From a virus: DNA of 64,000 nucleotides. Below the pieces are notes generated by a model. The model was not told the origin of the DNA. It did no database searches and worked only from the letters and a program-made list of their open reading frames with translations. Location: positions 1 through 64,000 of the IMG/VR virus record IMGVR_UViG_3300032397_000008, one strand, 5' to 3'. Position numbers and translations under genes: made by a program. The stretch's first letter is position 1, and every line of letters begins with the position of its first letter. Of this stretch, positions 46,238-56,266 are shown one piece after another.

Positions 46238-47173
46238 TCATGCTGTTTTCAATCGACTAAGATAGTCGCAGTAGGCAAACTTCAATCCAGTTTTCAGGTC
46301 CATCAGTGGCTTCCACCCCATCGCCTTTATGCGGCTACTGTTCAATAGTTTTTTGGGTGTGCCGGCGGGTCTGTGGGTGTCGAAGAACAACCTATTAGGA
46401 TCGATTCCAACGGTATTGGCGACCATGTAGGAGAGTTCGAGCATGTCGATATCTTCTCCATATCCCACGTTGATCCAGCTGTCTTCATCGTAAAACTGCA
46501 TCAACGTGACCAGCGCCCGGGATAGGTCGTCTACGTAGAGGAATTCTCTTCGGGTGTCCTGAGCGCCCCATACCATGATTGGCTTGTCATTGCTCTTCTC
46601 CGTGTGGAATCGGTGAATCAGGGCGGGGATAACGTGCGATTCCTTAGGGTTATAGTTGTCTCCCGGTCCGTAAAGATTAGTGGGTATGGCGCTGATGAAG
46701 TTTTTATTGTACTGCCGGCGATATGCTTGGCACAGTTTCAATCCGGTGATCTTAGCAAGAGCGTACCATTCGTTGGTTGGTTCCAGAGGACCGGTCAGCA
46801 GGCATGACTCAGACATCGGCTGAGGCGCTAATTTCGGGTAAATGCAAGATGATCCCAGGAAGAGTAGTTTAGTCACACCAAATTCAACTGCTGCTTGAAT
46901 GACAGCGTTTTGAATTTGCATGTTGGTTAGGAGAAAGTCTACGGGCCTGGAGTCGTTGGCTTCAATGCCACCGACAACCGCTGCGGCCATGAACACGTAG
47001 CTGGGACGATAGCGGTAGAAGAATTCTCGGACTTGATCCACGTTCGATAGGTTCAGTTCCCCTCGGTGACGTGTTTCAACGTGTGTGAATCCAGCGGAGT
47101 GAAGTTCTCGAATTATGGACGATCCTACCATGCCAAATCCGCCTGCTACGAATATGTTGTCCATCGGGTTCAT
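46238..47173 (-). CDS. fcl: GDP-L-fucose synthase
   Basis: [30 protein letters not shown]. Confidence 0.95.
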   Translation of the reverse strand: MNPMDNIFVAGGFGMVGSSIIRELHSAGFTHVETRHRGELNLSNVDQVREFFYRYRPSYVFMAAAVVGGIEANDSRPVDFLLTNMQIQNAVIQAAVEFGVTKLLFLGSSCIYPKLAPQPMSESCLLTGPLEPTNEWYALAKITGLKLCQAYRRQYNKNFISAIPTNLYGPGDNYNPKESHVIPALIHRFHTEKSNDKPIMVWGAQDTRREFLYVDDLSRALVTLMQFYDEDSWINVGYGEDIDMLELSYMVANTVGIDPNRLFFDTHRPAGTPKKLLNSSRIKAMGWKPLMDLKTGLKFAYCDYLSRLKTA

Positions 47174-48156
47174 ACTGACTGGAGGTCTGCTTCTACCATC
47201 ATTGCAACGAGGTCGGTAAAAGTCACTGTGGGTTTCCATCCAAGTATCGTTCTGGCTTTGGACGAATCACCGATCAATATGTCTACTTCTGCTGGTCTTA
47301 GATAGTGGGTATCGTGCATAATGTGTTTTTTCCAGTCGAGCTTAGCGTAGGAAAAAGCGGCCTCCACAAATTCTTGAACGCTATGGGCTTCTCCCGTTGC
47401 TATCACATAATCGTCAGGTTTGTCTTGCTGAAGCATCATCCACATGGCTTCTACATAGTCTTTGGCGTACCCCCAGTCTCTTTTGGAGTTCAGGTTGCCC
47501 AAGTAGAGTAAGCGTTGTTTTCCTTTTGCAATTTTGGCGACCGCACAGGTGATTTTACGGGTCACGAATGTCTCGTTGCGTCTTGGGCTTTCGTGGTTGA
47601 ATAGGATACCATTGCTAGCGTGCAGTCCGTAAGACTCTCGGTAGTTCACCGTAATCCAGTAGGCGTAGGCTTTGGCACACCCGTAGGGAGATCGGGGATG
47701 AAATGGAGTTTTTTCGTCTATAATGGTGTTTCCATGGTAAAGTCCGCCAAACATTTCGCTTGAGGATGCTTGGTAGTAGCGGATGGCAGGGTTCACCACT
47801 TTGACAGCTTCCAGCAGATTAGTTGCGCCTAGGCCAGTAACTTGGCCAGTGTAGACTGGTGTGTCGAATGACACTCGTACATGTGATTGCGCCCCAAGGT
47901 TGTAAACTTCGGTGGGCTGGAGCTTGTAAATAAGTCCGGCGAGCGACAGTCCGTCGGTCAAGTCACTGTAATGCAGGTGAAGATGGGTGTCCGGATTGTG
48001 AGGGTCTAGGTAGATGTGGTCGATCCTACCCGTGTTGAACGTACTACTTTTGCGGATTAGTCCATGAACTTCGTACCCTTTAGAAAGGAGTAACTCGGCC
48101 AAATACGAACCGTCCTGGCCGGTGATTCCAGTTATGAGGGCGGTTGGGGTGTTCAT
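47170..48156 (-). CDS. gmd: GDP-mannose 4,6-dehydratase
   Basis: [25 protein letters not shown]. Confidence 0.97.
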   Translation of the reverse strand: MNTPTALITGITGQDGSYLAELLLSKGYEVHGLIRKSSTFNTGRIDHIYLDPHNPDTHLHLHYSDLTDGLSLAGLIYKLQPTEVYNLGAQSHVRVSFDTPVYTGQVTGLGATNLLEAVKVVNPAIRYYQASSSEMFGGLYHGNTIIDEKTPFHPRSPYGCAKAYAYWITVNYRESYGLHASNGILFNHESPRRNETFVTRKITCAVAKIAKGKQRLLYLGNLNSKRDWGYAKDYVEAMWMMLQQDKPDDYVIATGEAHSVQEFVEAAFSYAKLDWKKHIMHDTHYLRPAEVDILIGDSSKARTILGWKPTVTFTDLVAMMVEADLQSV

Positions 48157-48407
48157 TTCAAATCGCAACTTACGAGTCTGATCTCGTTATTGCTTATACG
48201 TTTAGCAAAAACGCCCAGACGTGATCCATACGGAACCACGCTAGCTTCATCGAAAAGGAAACACTTGATAGGAATTTCCCCGAGGTGTGTGTTAAGGGCG
48301 TTAGTCGCCCCGAGGGCTACTAACGCAGCCGGTGCTGCTACGATCTCTTTCGGGCTCTCCCCGTGCCGCTGTTCATACTGTTCCAGCATGCGTCTTAGAG
48401 TTGTCAT
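48153..48407 (-). CDS. Small hypothetical protein
   Basis: ATGA overlap with gmd. Confidence 0.55.
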   Translation of the reverse strand: MTTLRRMLEQYEQRHGESPKEIVAAPAALVALGATNALNTHLGEIPIKCFLFDEASVVPYGSRLGVFAKRISNNEIRLVSCDLK

Positions 48408-48576
48408 AATTCTTGAGTTCTTCTAGCATACCGGCTGTGTGTCGGGAGTACTGATCCAGCAGACGTTGTTGCTCCTGAATGATGCTTGCCAAACCCAGAA
48501 CCAATGAAGTTAGATTTGACAAGCGTAGGTGTTCTGTGGTAATTTGCGCTTGATTCTTAAGGATCACTGAGTCCAT
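48373..48576 (-). CDS. Small hypothetical protein
   Basis: First gene of the gmd operon. Confidence 0.5.
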   Translation of the reverse strand: MDSVILKNQAQITTEHLRLSNLTSLVLGLASIIQEQQRLLDQYSRHTAGMLEELKNYDNSKTHAGTV

Positions 48577-48608
48577 AGTTTTGCCGTTCTATAACATAAG
48601 AACTGAAT

Positions 48609-50255
48609 ATGAGTGTACCGACATTTTCCCTGGCATATACTTCTGTCCGCGCTAATGACATCGTCCGAGTAGTGACCCTGTGGCGTGAGCGTGCAGAGAC
48701 ACCGTCCGACATCGAAGTCGTTATTGCGGTAGACGTAGGGAACGAGGAGTGCCTTAAGGTAGCACAATCTGTGATAGGTGCAAAGGTTGTCATACAGAAG
48801 GACATTCCATTTAACTGTGTAAAAGGCTGGAACCTGGCAGCAGCTCACACTACAGGTAAGGTGATCATCGCCATCGCAGATGATTTTAACCCTCCGAACG
48901 GGTGGGATCAGCTTCTCAAGAATCTGCCTCAGACTGGGTGGATGGAAAGCCCCCATGTGGTGCACGTTGAAGATGGATATGTTCACAACATCTTCGTACT
49001 TGCTATTTTGACCAGAAAGCGGTACGAGCAGTTTGGGTACGTTTTCTATCCGGCGTACGAGAGCATGTTCAGTGACACTGAATTCACCGAAGTTGCTTAC
49101 CGTGATAGTGTTGTGATTCCAGCGACAAATCTTCTGTTTGAACACATTCACTGTGACTGTGGCAAACGGGTGAGGGATATTTATGATAAAGAACATTCAA
49201 GCAAAGATCGGTGGAATCGTGGAGAGATGTTGTTCAACTATCGTAAGGACCTGGGATTCCCCCTAGACGCTGGTCCGATGGCTGACAAGGGTGGCGATAC
49301 ACAAACGTGTTCACATCCAAAACCGTCTACAGTTGTTGAAGGTGAGGAGATCAAGGAAAATGTCTACGTTGCTTATATCCAAGCAACCCGTGACGACATC
49401 TGCTTAAATGAAGTCATTGACCGTTTATTCGATGAGGGTGTTCGTCATTTCTTCTTTTGCATTCCTGATGAATACTGGAGTGGCAAGTCAACCCCGCAGA
49501 CAGAGATGGATGAAGTGAAATTTGCTGCTGCTCGTATCGAGAAAAAAGGAGCCAAAGTGCGGGTTAAAGTTTTCGTAGTGGCAGATTACCGATATCCTGG
49601 AGAGACCCGTATCGAGACTGAAACCCGTGTTCGAAACGATTCTTTGAATTGGATCAGAGGAGAAGGGTACTATCGTATTTTGATCGTTGATAGCGATGAA
49701 CTTTGGAAAAGGGGCACGCTCAATCAAATCAAAGACCGCGTGAAACAGCATAATCCGTCGGCGATCAGTTTGCCGATGGTTCCGGTAATCGGTTTGCCTG
49801 GATATCCGGTTGACAACGCTCAGGACCGGGTTACCTCCTATGTGGGCGGGTACACCATCTTCCGCGATTGTAGGACACCGGTCAATCAACCTGAGTATAT
49901 TGACTCTACCGTTGTGTATCATCTTACCGGCACTCGGCGCACGATGGAGGAAATCATCGAGAAGCATCGTCAGTCAGGTCATTACGACGATCCTGAATAC
50001 CTGTTCGAAGAGTGGATTCATCAGGTGCTGCCCAATATCAAGCCTGGATTCGTTCATACGTGGCCTAACGGCATTACGGGACTACACATGTTTACGGGTT
50101 ACCAGATTTGGAAGTCGGTGAGGAATTGGTCGGTAGAGGAGTGGGTGGACATTCCGGAGACTATGCGCCAGTACTTTGGTTTACCGCACGAGGGTGTTGA
50201 GAAAACGACTTCAGTTATGTCTCAGCATGCGCAGAAATTTCAGGTTTACCGGTGA
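48609..50255 (+). CDS. Two-domain GT2-like glycosyltransferase
   Basis: GWNLAA...IADD, SDTEF; second IVDSDE motif. Confidence 0.8.
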   Translation: MSVPTFSLAYTSVRANDIVRVVTLWRERAETPSDIEVVIAVDVGNEECLKVAQSVIGAKVVIQKDIPFNCVKGWNLAAAHTTGKVIIAIADDFNPPNGWDQLLKNLPQTGWMESPHVVHVEDGYVHNIFVLAILTRKRYEQFGYVFYPAYESMFSDTEFTEVAYRDSVVIPATNLLFEHIHCDCGKRVRDIYDKEHSSKDRWNRGEMLFNYRKDLGFPLDAGPMADKGGDTQTCSHPKPSTVVEGEEIKENVYVAYIQATRDDICLNEVIDRLFDEGVRHFFFCIPDEYWSGKSTPQTEMDEVKFAAARIEKKGAKVRVKVFVVADYRYPGETRIETETRVRNDSLNWIRGEGYYRILIVDSDELWKRGTLNQIKDRVKQHNPSAISLPMVPVIGLPGYPVDNAQDRVTSYVGGYTIFRDCRTPVNQPEYIDSTVVYHLTGTRRTMEEIIEKHRQSGHYDDPEYLFEEWIHQVLPNIKPGFVHTWPNGITGLHMFTGYQIWKSVRNWSVEEWVDIPETMRQYFGLPHEGVEKTTSVMSQHAQKFQVYR

Positions 50256-50641
50256 GTTTATATGAATATGAGGTTTTGGATTACCTGTTTCACCGTTACG
50301 GTGAGAAGGTTCAGTACTGGCGCATGATCAATGAAATCGCCGAACAGTTTCAGGGCAACCATCCTCACCGAAGTGTTCGCATTGAAATTAAAAACCAGAT
50401 TCTAATGGCGCTTACTTCTCTTTGTAGACAAAAGAAAGTCAGACGCTATTGGTTTAGTAGACGGCCACAGCTAATACGCATTTCAGAAATTGAGTTCTCT
50501 AAGATGCAAGATAAAAAGAGATATGGACAAGCAACCCAACACTCCACAGTACATCATTGCCACGGTCAACCAACCCGTTCTCTATGCCCGATCGGACAAC
50601 GAAACGTGGCAGCTCAACCCGCCCCGTCGTTATATTTTTAA
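50252..50641 (+). CDS. Hypothetical protein
   Basis: GTGA overlap with the upstream gene; 3' overlap with GT9. Confidence 0.45.
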   Translation: MSLYEYEVLDYLFHRYGEKVQYWRMINEIAEQFQGNHPHRSVRIEIKNQILMALTSLCRQKKVRRYWFSRRPQLIRISEIEFSKMQDKKRYGQATQHSTVHHCHGQPTRSLCPIGQRNVAAQPAPSLYF

Positions 50642-51779
50642 CGCCAACCAGGTGGACTCCTTGCGCCCGTACATTGAGTCTTCATCCGACTTGACTTGTG
50701 CAGCGAACTATCGACCTTTACGAACTCCATGTAAACTATCGGGAGCGAAAATCTTGGTAGAAAGGTACCGAGAACGGGGTCTCGGTGATCTCTTGTTCCT
50801 AACCGGTCCTCTTCAGTACTTGCGACATGTGACCGGGAACGACTTACATGTAGACTTCTACGCGTTATCTGATCGTGGTCAGGTGCTGTCCTACAATCCG
50901 GCGCTGAAGTATGGAACTGTGCTGACGGGGCCGTTACACTACGACGATCTCCAATTCTACGCCTACCATTGGTTGGTTGACACTGTGACTGAATGTGACG
51001 AAGAGCAGGATCAGGTGAACGTGTATGACGCCCTTTATCGACAGTTGAACGTTGACCCGGCAACTGTTCCGATCCAGTTTAAGCGCCCCTACGCTTATCT
51101 GGACGAAAAGGAATCCAAGGACCTGGAACAGTTCATGTATTTCGTTTGGATGGAGCGGAAGATCGACCTGCGCAAGACAGGATATTACGTCGTTGCGCCC
51201 TTCGCTGTATCGTCCAGCAGGTCTCTCAAATATGGTACGTGGTTAGAGGTAATTCACAAGCTGGCGAAGATTCGTCCGGTGGTGATTGTAGGTATGATTA
51301 CTGAACGAATGCCGTCTACAGACATGACCGTTGGTGAATTTTTCCAAGCTCTCGGACACGCTGAAGGCCCGGTTATCAACGCTATCGGAATTACCCCGGT
51401 TCGGCTGCTGATGTCCATTATTTCTAAGGCTACCGGGCTGCTAGGTCTCGACTCGGGACCGTTTTACATCGCTCAGGCGTTTAGGGTCCCAGCAATCTCT
51501 GTGTGGGGAACACATGCTCCTTTGGTGAGGATTGGGTATGACAAAGACTATATGGACTTGGCAATCTGGAATATCTTAGAGTGCCGCCATGCGCCTTGTT
51601 TCTCTTGGGGCGGGTTTCCTGTCCATAAATGCCCTTATGGCACGAATCAAACTGTTTGTCAGTGTTTGTCTACAGTTTCCGTGGATATGATCATGGAGAA
51701 AGTAGACATGATTGAGTCATCCCGTAAGATGCTTCCACCAGTTCAACCTGGAAATGCCAATGAAAAATGTCCTGCCTAA
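50523..51779 (+). CDS. GT9 (heptosyltransferase-like) glycosyltransferase
   Basis: RGLGDLLF, GLDSGPFYIA.A..VPAISVWG. Confidence 0.85.
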   Translation: MDKQPNTPQYIIATVNQPVLYARSDNETWQLNPPRRYIFNANQVDSLRPYIESSSDLTCAANYRPLRTPCKLSGAKILVERYRERGLGDLLFLTGPLQYLRHVTGNDLHVDFYALSDRGQVLSYNPALKYGTVLTGPLHYDDLQFYAYHWLVDTVTECDEEQDQVNVYDALYRQLNVDPATVPIQFKRPYAYLDEKESKDLEQFMYFVWMERKIDLRKTGYYVVAPFAVSSSRSLKYGTWLEVIHKLAKIRPVVIVGMITERMPSTDMTVGEFFQALGHAEGPVINAIGITPVRLLMSIISKATGLLGLDSGPFYIAQAFRVPAISVWGTHAPLVRIGYDKDYMDLAIWNILECRHAPCFSWGGFPVHKCPYGTNQTVCQCLSTVSVDMIMEKVDMIESSRKMLPPVQPGNANEKCPA

Positions 51780-52242
51780 ACTTGATCCTGTGTCGTGGGG
51801 TGGTGATTTTACGCTTGACTTGGATTACTATCTGGGGCATGATTACCTGGATATTGCGGAAGCTTGCACGGAGTTGCCTGCTGTGATTGAATGGGTTAAT
51901 GAGCGGCTTCAGAGAGTTACTGAAGATAGGTTGAGGATCAAATCCAAAATCAAGCGGATGGAAGCTAAAGCATATTTTCGACTGAAAGATGGAGGTTATG
52001 AGGCGGATGGATATGCTGGCAAAGCAACTAATGAGGCTCTGGAGAGGGCGATTTCTCTCAATCCAGAAGTGCAAAAAGAAGAAGATGAATTTGCCGTTCT
52101 CAGTGGATGGCATGTGCGCCTGGTTAATCTAATAACCTCGCTACAAAGTAAGCTGGATTTGACCCGGTCGGTCGAGTCTACACGGCGCAGGTTGGTTGAA
52201 GACAGTCAAACTAAAGGAAACAAACAAAACTATGATGAGTGA
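51754..52242 (+). CDS. Helical protein, possible UvsY-like recombination mediator
   Basis: Coiled-coil character; upstream of SSB and RecA. Confidence 0.5.
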   Translation: MPMKNVLPKLDPVSWGGDFTLDLDYYLGHDYLDIAEACTELPAVIEWVNERLQRVTEDRLRIKSKIKRMEAKAYFRLKDGGYEADGYAGKATNEALERAISLNPEVQKEEDEFAVLSGWHVRLVNLITSLQSKLDLTRSVESTRRRLVEDSQTKGNKQNYDE

Positions 52243-53671
52243 CATCGGACCGGAATATCTGGCAGACCTTGAGAGCGAGCGTCAGTTCGCAACCCAGGGC
52301 AATCGTGCTCGACGAGTGAAGTTGGAAAAGGGACACGCTGTACTGGCGCGATTTCTTCCCTTTCCTATGGGTCCTAACCGACGCCCGTACGCTCGTATCG
52401 CCAATCACTGGGTTAACATGAAACCTCATGTGTGCCCCCGGGATACGCACGTTGATTGGGGTGGCAATCCAGAAGCATTTTGCCCGATTTGTGAGATTGC
52501 CAATCATCTGTACGACCATGCGCCCACCGACGAGATTCGAGATGCGGCTTACAAGATCAAGGCTAACCCACAGTGGTTGATGTGGTGTTTAGTGCTTGCT
52601 AAAGACGATGCTCGAAGCGAGGTGGAGTATATCGAGCCGCCCGAGTTGTGGAAACCTTGGGAATTTCAGGTTTCTAAAACTTCCTGGGATGAGTTAAGTG
52701 TTATGATGCGACGGGCTGCTGCTCGTGGTGCGGACCTTCTGGATGTCGAGACGGGAACTAACGTTTGGGTGTCTCGCAATAAGAAGGGATATCGGCTTGA
52801 CCGTGATGAAACGGGTCCGTCTAGCATCATCCGTCCGGGCGAGAACTTTGACGAGATTATAGCTAAGGTGTGGACGGGATGCAAAGAACCGGTCGTGAAT
52901 ATCGAGAGTGAGGACAAACTCGCAATCGTGGCAGAGAAGATTCGGGATCAATTTGCGAGTGGAAACTATGAGTCCCGTGATCGTGGCGAGCGTAATCGTG
53001 GCGGACGGGTCGACGAAGACGATAGTGGTCGTTCTCATCGGGCTCGTTTCAACGACGATGACGATGATGATCGTGGATCGCATCGGAATCGTAGCGATAA
53101 CGATAGTCGTACATCACCTCGCAAACAAAAAACTGAAGAGGACGATGTACGCTATGATGATCCACCTGCCATTCCGTTGCAGCATCGTGCTTCATTGGTG
53201 CTTCCTCCTCCTCCTCGTAGGACCTCTGCGCCGGCTCCGATTGGCGAAACTGACTCCAGTGCGCCACGAAGTAACACAGCTGGACCTCCTTTGCGGAGAT
53301 TTCCGCCACCCACTTCGTCATTACCGTTACCCAGGGCTTCGGCACCGTCGGCACCCCGCCGGGCAGCACCTCCTCCTCCTCCCCCTCCTAGCCGAGGTGA
53401 GGGTGCGAGTCCAACTCGTTTGCCTGTAAAGTCTGCTAATCCTTCGGAGACGGCACCTATCGGCGAAGGCAGTATTGACGAGAGCGAGGAAACCATACCT
53501 GAAGAGAGGCGTGATCCAGCTCCACCCGCCGAGGCACCTCTTTCTGAAGGACAAGACGGACAAGACGGGCAATCAGAAGCGACACTAACTCCTCCTCAGT
53601 CTCCTTCTCGTAAGGGACTTGACGCAGCTATTCGGGGACGCCTCGTTAACCTTAGAGAGCGAAAGCAATAA
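52232..53671 (+). CDS. gp32-like single-stranded DNA-binding protein with long disordered tail
   Basis: ARFLP, HW...CP...CPICE; acidic/Pro-rich C-terminus. Confidence 0.7.
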   Translation: MMSDIGPEYLADLESERQFATQGNRARRVKLEKGHAVLARFLPFPMGPNRRPYARIANHWVNMKPHVCPRDTHVDWGGNPEAFCPICEIANHLYDHAPTDEIRDAAYKIKANPQWLMWCLVLAKDDARSEVEYIEPPELWKPWEFQVSKTSWDELSVMMRRAAARGADLLDVETGTNVWVSRNKKGYRLDRDETGPSSIIRPGENFDEIIAKVWTGCKEPVVNIESEDKLAIVAEKIRDQFASGNYESRDRGERNRGGRVDEDDSGRSHRARFNDDDDDDRGSHRNRSDNDSRTSPRKQKTEEDDVRYDDPPAIPLQHRASLVLPPPPRRTSAPAPIGETDSSAPRSNTAGPPLRRFPPPTSSLPLPRASAPSAPRRAAPPPPPPPSRGEGASPTRLPVKSANPSETAPIGEGSIDESEETIPEERRDPAPPAEAPLSEGQDGQDGQSEATLTPPQSPSRKGLDAAIRGRLVNLRERKQ

Positions 53672-53677
53672 TTCAAT

Positions 53678-55093
53678 ATGGCACCATCAAAGAAGAAGGA
53701 ATTTCTGACTCTAACTCAGAAGATTGCCGCCAAACTGAAGAAGGGCATGCCCGACAACGACGATGGTGCCTACTACGAACTTGCTATCGCCCACGAGCAA
53801 GTCTTGTCCACTATCAAGTACGTGATCAAGATTGGTAACCAACCCTTCGACGATGAGGCAGGCGGTATGCCTTTCGGTCGGGTGGTGGAACTGTTTGGCT
53901 TGGACTCCTGTGGTAAGTCTGCGATGGTGATTCGGACCGCATGTCGAGCTATTGGAGGTCATATTTACCGACGCGTTCGTGTGGGCAACAGCTACACTGA
54001 AGAGAAGCTTGATCCGAGTGAATATGAGCTGTCGATCCTTTATTTGGACAATGAATCGTCTCTGGATGATCCATCCAAGATGACTGTAGACGGGGTTACC
54101 TTGTCTACAGATAATGCTAACATCGGGCGGTGTAACACTGTCGAATTGATGTTCAAAGAGGTTGACCTGGCCGTGCAAGTCCTCAAAGAAGAGACTGATC
54201 ATGAAAATAAAGCAGCGGAAGAAGAAGGACGAACGTCCAAACTGTACTTTCTGCTGGTAGTTATCGACACCATCGCTGCCACTTCCTCTAAAGAGGAACT
54301 GGGGCGAGAATGGGGTAAGGATGATTACTCTCGTCAAGCGAAACAGCTCCGGGAAGGATTCCGCAAGATGATTCAGGATATTTCCCGGTATAACGTGTGC
54401 ATGATTTGCACGAATCAGGTCAGTGATAACATCAAAGACGCTGGTGAAAGATCCAAGCGAAAGTGGCAAGGTCCTATGTACGAAGACTTCGTGGCGTTCG
54501 GTGGCAAGGCCCTGCGCTATTATGCTACATTCCGGATATTTGTGCACGCCTTGAAGACCAAGTACACTTTGGTAAGAGGTTCTCAGTTCCCGGATGGGCT
54601 CTGTATCGGATTCATAACGGTTAAGAATCGCATGAGAAAGCCTTTGCGGGAGGGACGCATGGTACTGTTGTTCGACGAAGTCAACGGTGGATTGAACAAC
54701 ACCATGTCGATACTGGAATCATTGCTTTTCTTAGGGCTAGCAGAGTACGGTGACGATGGTGAGTTTATCTTCAAGTGTAAGTCAAACGGTGTGCTACTTA
54801 CAACTTTCCCTGACATCCCACAAGAGAGCTTGGAAGACCAGGACCGGGGTGCCAGGAAGGGTAGGCGGGGTGGGTACAAAGACCCTCGTATCTATGAACG
54901 CTATGAGTGGCCAAAGTTCTACCAAGAGCACAAGACGGATATGGATGCTCTATGGAAGAAAGCAGTGGATTACGCGTTTTCAACGACCGGAGAGGGGTGC
55001 GGTGCTGTTCAGCGAGAGTCAGAAGTAGTTACAGCCCTTGAAATGATTGAATTGAAAGAAACGGATCAACAACAACAACCACAACCAACATAA
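53678..55093 (+). CDS. recA: RecA/UvsX recombinase
   Basis: GGMPFGRVVELFGLDSCGKS, VIDTIA, TNQ, GGKALRYYA. Confidence 0.9.
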   Translation: MAPSKKKEFLTLTQKIAAKLKKGMPDNDDGAYYELAIAHEQVLSTIKYVIKIGNQPFDDEAGGMPFGRVVELFGLDSCGKSAMVIRTACRAIGGHIYRRVRVGNSYTEEKLDPSEYELSILYLDNESSLDDPSKMTVDGVTLSTDNANIGRCNTVELMFKEVDLAVQVLKEETDHENKAAEEEGRTSKLYFLLVVIDTIAATSSKEELGREWGKDDYSRQAKQLREGFRKMIQDISRYNVCMICTNQVSDNIKDAGERSKRKWQGPMYEDFVAFGGKALRYYATFRIFVHALKTKYTLVRGSQFPDGLCIGFITVKNRMRKPLREGRMVLLFDEVNGGLNNTMSILESLLFLGLAEYGDDGEFIFKCKSNGVLLTTFPDIPQESLEDQDRGARKGRRGGYKDPRIYERYEWPKFYQEHKTDMDALWKKAVDYAFSTTGEGCGAVQRESEVVTALEMIELKETDQQQQPQPT

Positions 55094-55096
55094 CCT

Positions 55097-55672
55097 ATGC
55101 CTATCGAATACAGCATCAATAAGGGGCTTCAAGATGCCTTGAGCTCAATGCTTTGTGACATGTCCTTGGCGGAGTTTACTCCACTGAGAGACAGCGGGAT
55201 CAAAGTTCTAGCCTGCACCAAGGTCAAATTTCAGGACGAGGAGGAACAGCCGTGCAGCGGTGATCCAGTCTCGGTAAGGAAGGTGTCAGACCTTCATCGT
55301 GTCTTTATTGACGGGCACTACTTACTTGTGGCAGATCAGTATACGTTCAGTCACTCGAATGAACTCCAACTTAAGGCACTTCTTCATTCTGCGCTCATGC
55401 GTATCAGCGTCGAAAACACAGAATCGGGACTCAAACTGGGTATTCGCAAACCTGACATCATGGCATTTCAGGCGACCATCAACCGTTTCGGTGCCTACAC
55501 GGATGCTTTACTCGGTTTGCGAGACTGCCTGGTCACGGCCAGCAAGCGATTTGCAAATATGGTAACCACGGAGTCAACAGAACGGTCTGAAACACTATCC
55601 GAACCGGTTCGGCAGGCAGAGGAAGTGCCTCTGCCAGCACAAAAACGAGTTCGATTCAAAAAGGGAGAATAG
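55097..55672 (+). CDS. Putative phage metallopeptidase-like protein (degenerate motif)
   Basis: ALLHSALMRI...IRKPDIMAF...RFG. Confidence 0.5.
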   Translation: MPIEYSINKGLQDALSSMLCDMSLAEFTPLRDSGIKVLACTKVKFQDEEEQPCSGDPVSVRKVSDLHRVFIDGHYLLVADQYTFSHSNELQLKALLHSALMRISVENTESGLKLGIRKPDIMAFQATINRFGAYTDALLGLRDCLVTASKRFANMVTTESTERSETLSEPVRQAEEVPLPAQKRVRFKKGE

Positions 55673-55678
55673 CACAGC

Positions 55679-56266
55679 ATGTCCTCATACACAATACAAA
55701 AAGCAAAGCCGGGGTGGAACTACAAACGAGTAGGAAAGATCGTTTCGGGTGATCCCTCCCTTAAGCGTTTTATTGGCGAAAAAACTGTCTCTATCGAACG
55801 GCGTAACGGGACGACCGTCAATTATTCTCCCGAGCTGATTCTACTCATGGAAGCCATGGCGCAGGCCGGCATTCCGCTTCAGACATGCCCTAAGACTACT
55901 GTTTTGCAGTTCGCTGCGAGGTTCTGGATTAAGGAATCCTTCAAGTCCGTATCCGTACCGGTGGTCGCCGCTCCCGCCCAGCCCTCGAAGCCCGCTCCGG
56001 CATCCTTAAAAGCGGCTATACCTCGGAAAGAAGAAGTTCAGAATAAAGTTTTGAAATCAGACGAGAAGCCAACTTTTTGCGCCGCCGTAGCGTTGGCAAA
56101 TCTGTCCATGTCCATGCTTCAGCTGGCCGAGCATTATGACACATCTCCGGGAGCGGATAAGCGCCGGGAGAAACTGAACGCTCTTGCCACTGAGTATGAG
56201 CATCTCACAACGAGTTACTTAGACGGATGCTGGGAAGCCGGCATACGACACAATGCCAAAGCTTAA
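55679..56266 (+). CDS. Hypothetical protein
   Basis: 195-aa ORF in the operon. Confidence 0.65.
   Translation: MSSYTIQKAKPGWNYKRVGKIVSGDPSLKRFIGEKTVSIERRNGTTVNYSPELILLMEAMAQAGIPLQTCPKTTVLQFAARFWIKESFKSVSVPVVAAPAQPSKPAPASLKAAIPRKEEVQNKVLKSDEKPTFCAAVALANLSMSMLQLAEHYDTSPGADKRREKLNALATEYEHLTTSYLDGCWEAGIRHNAKA

Noticed and set aside
53040-53400. Low-complexity GAT/CCT runs
   Set aside because: They encode the Asp/Pro-rich disordered tail of the SSB-like protein
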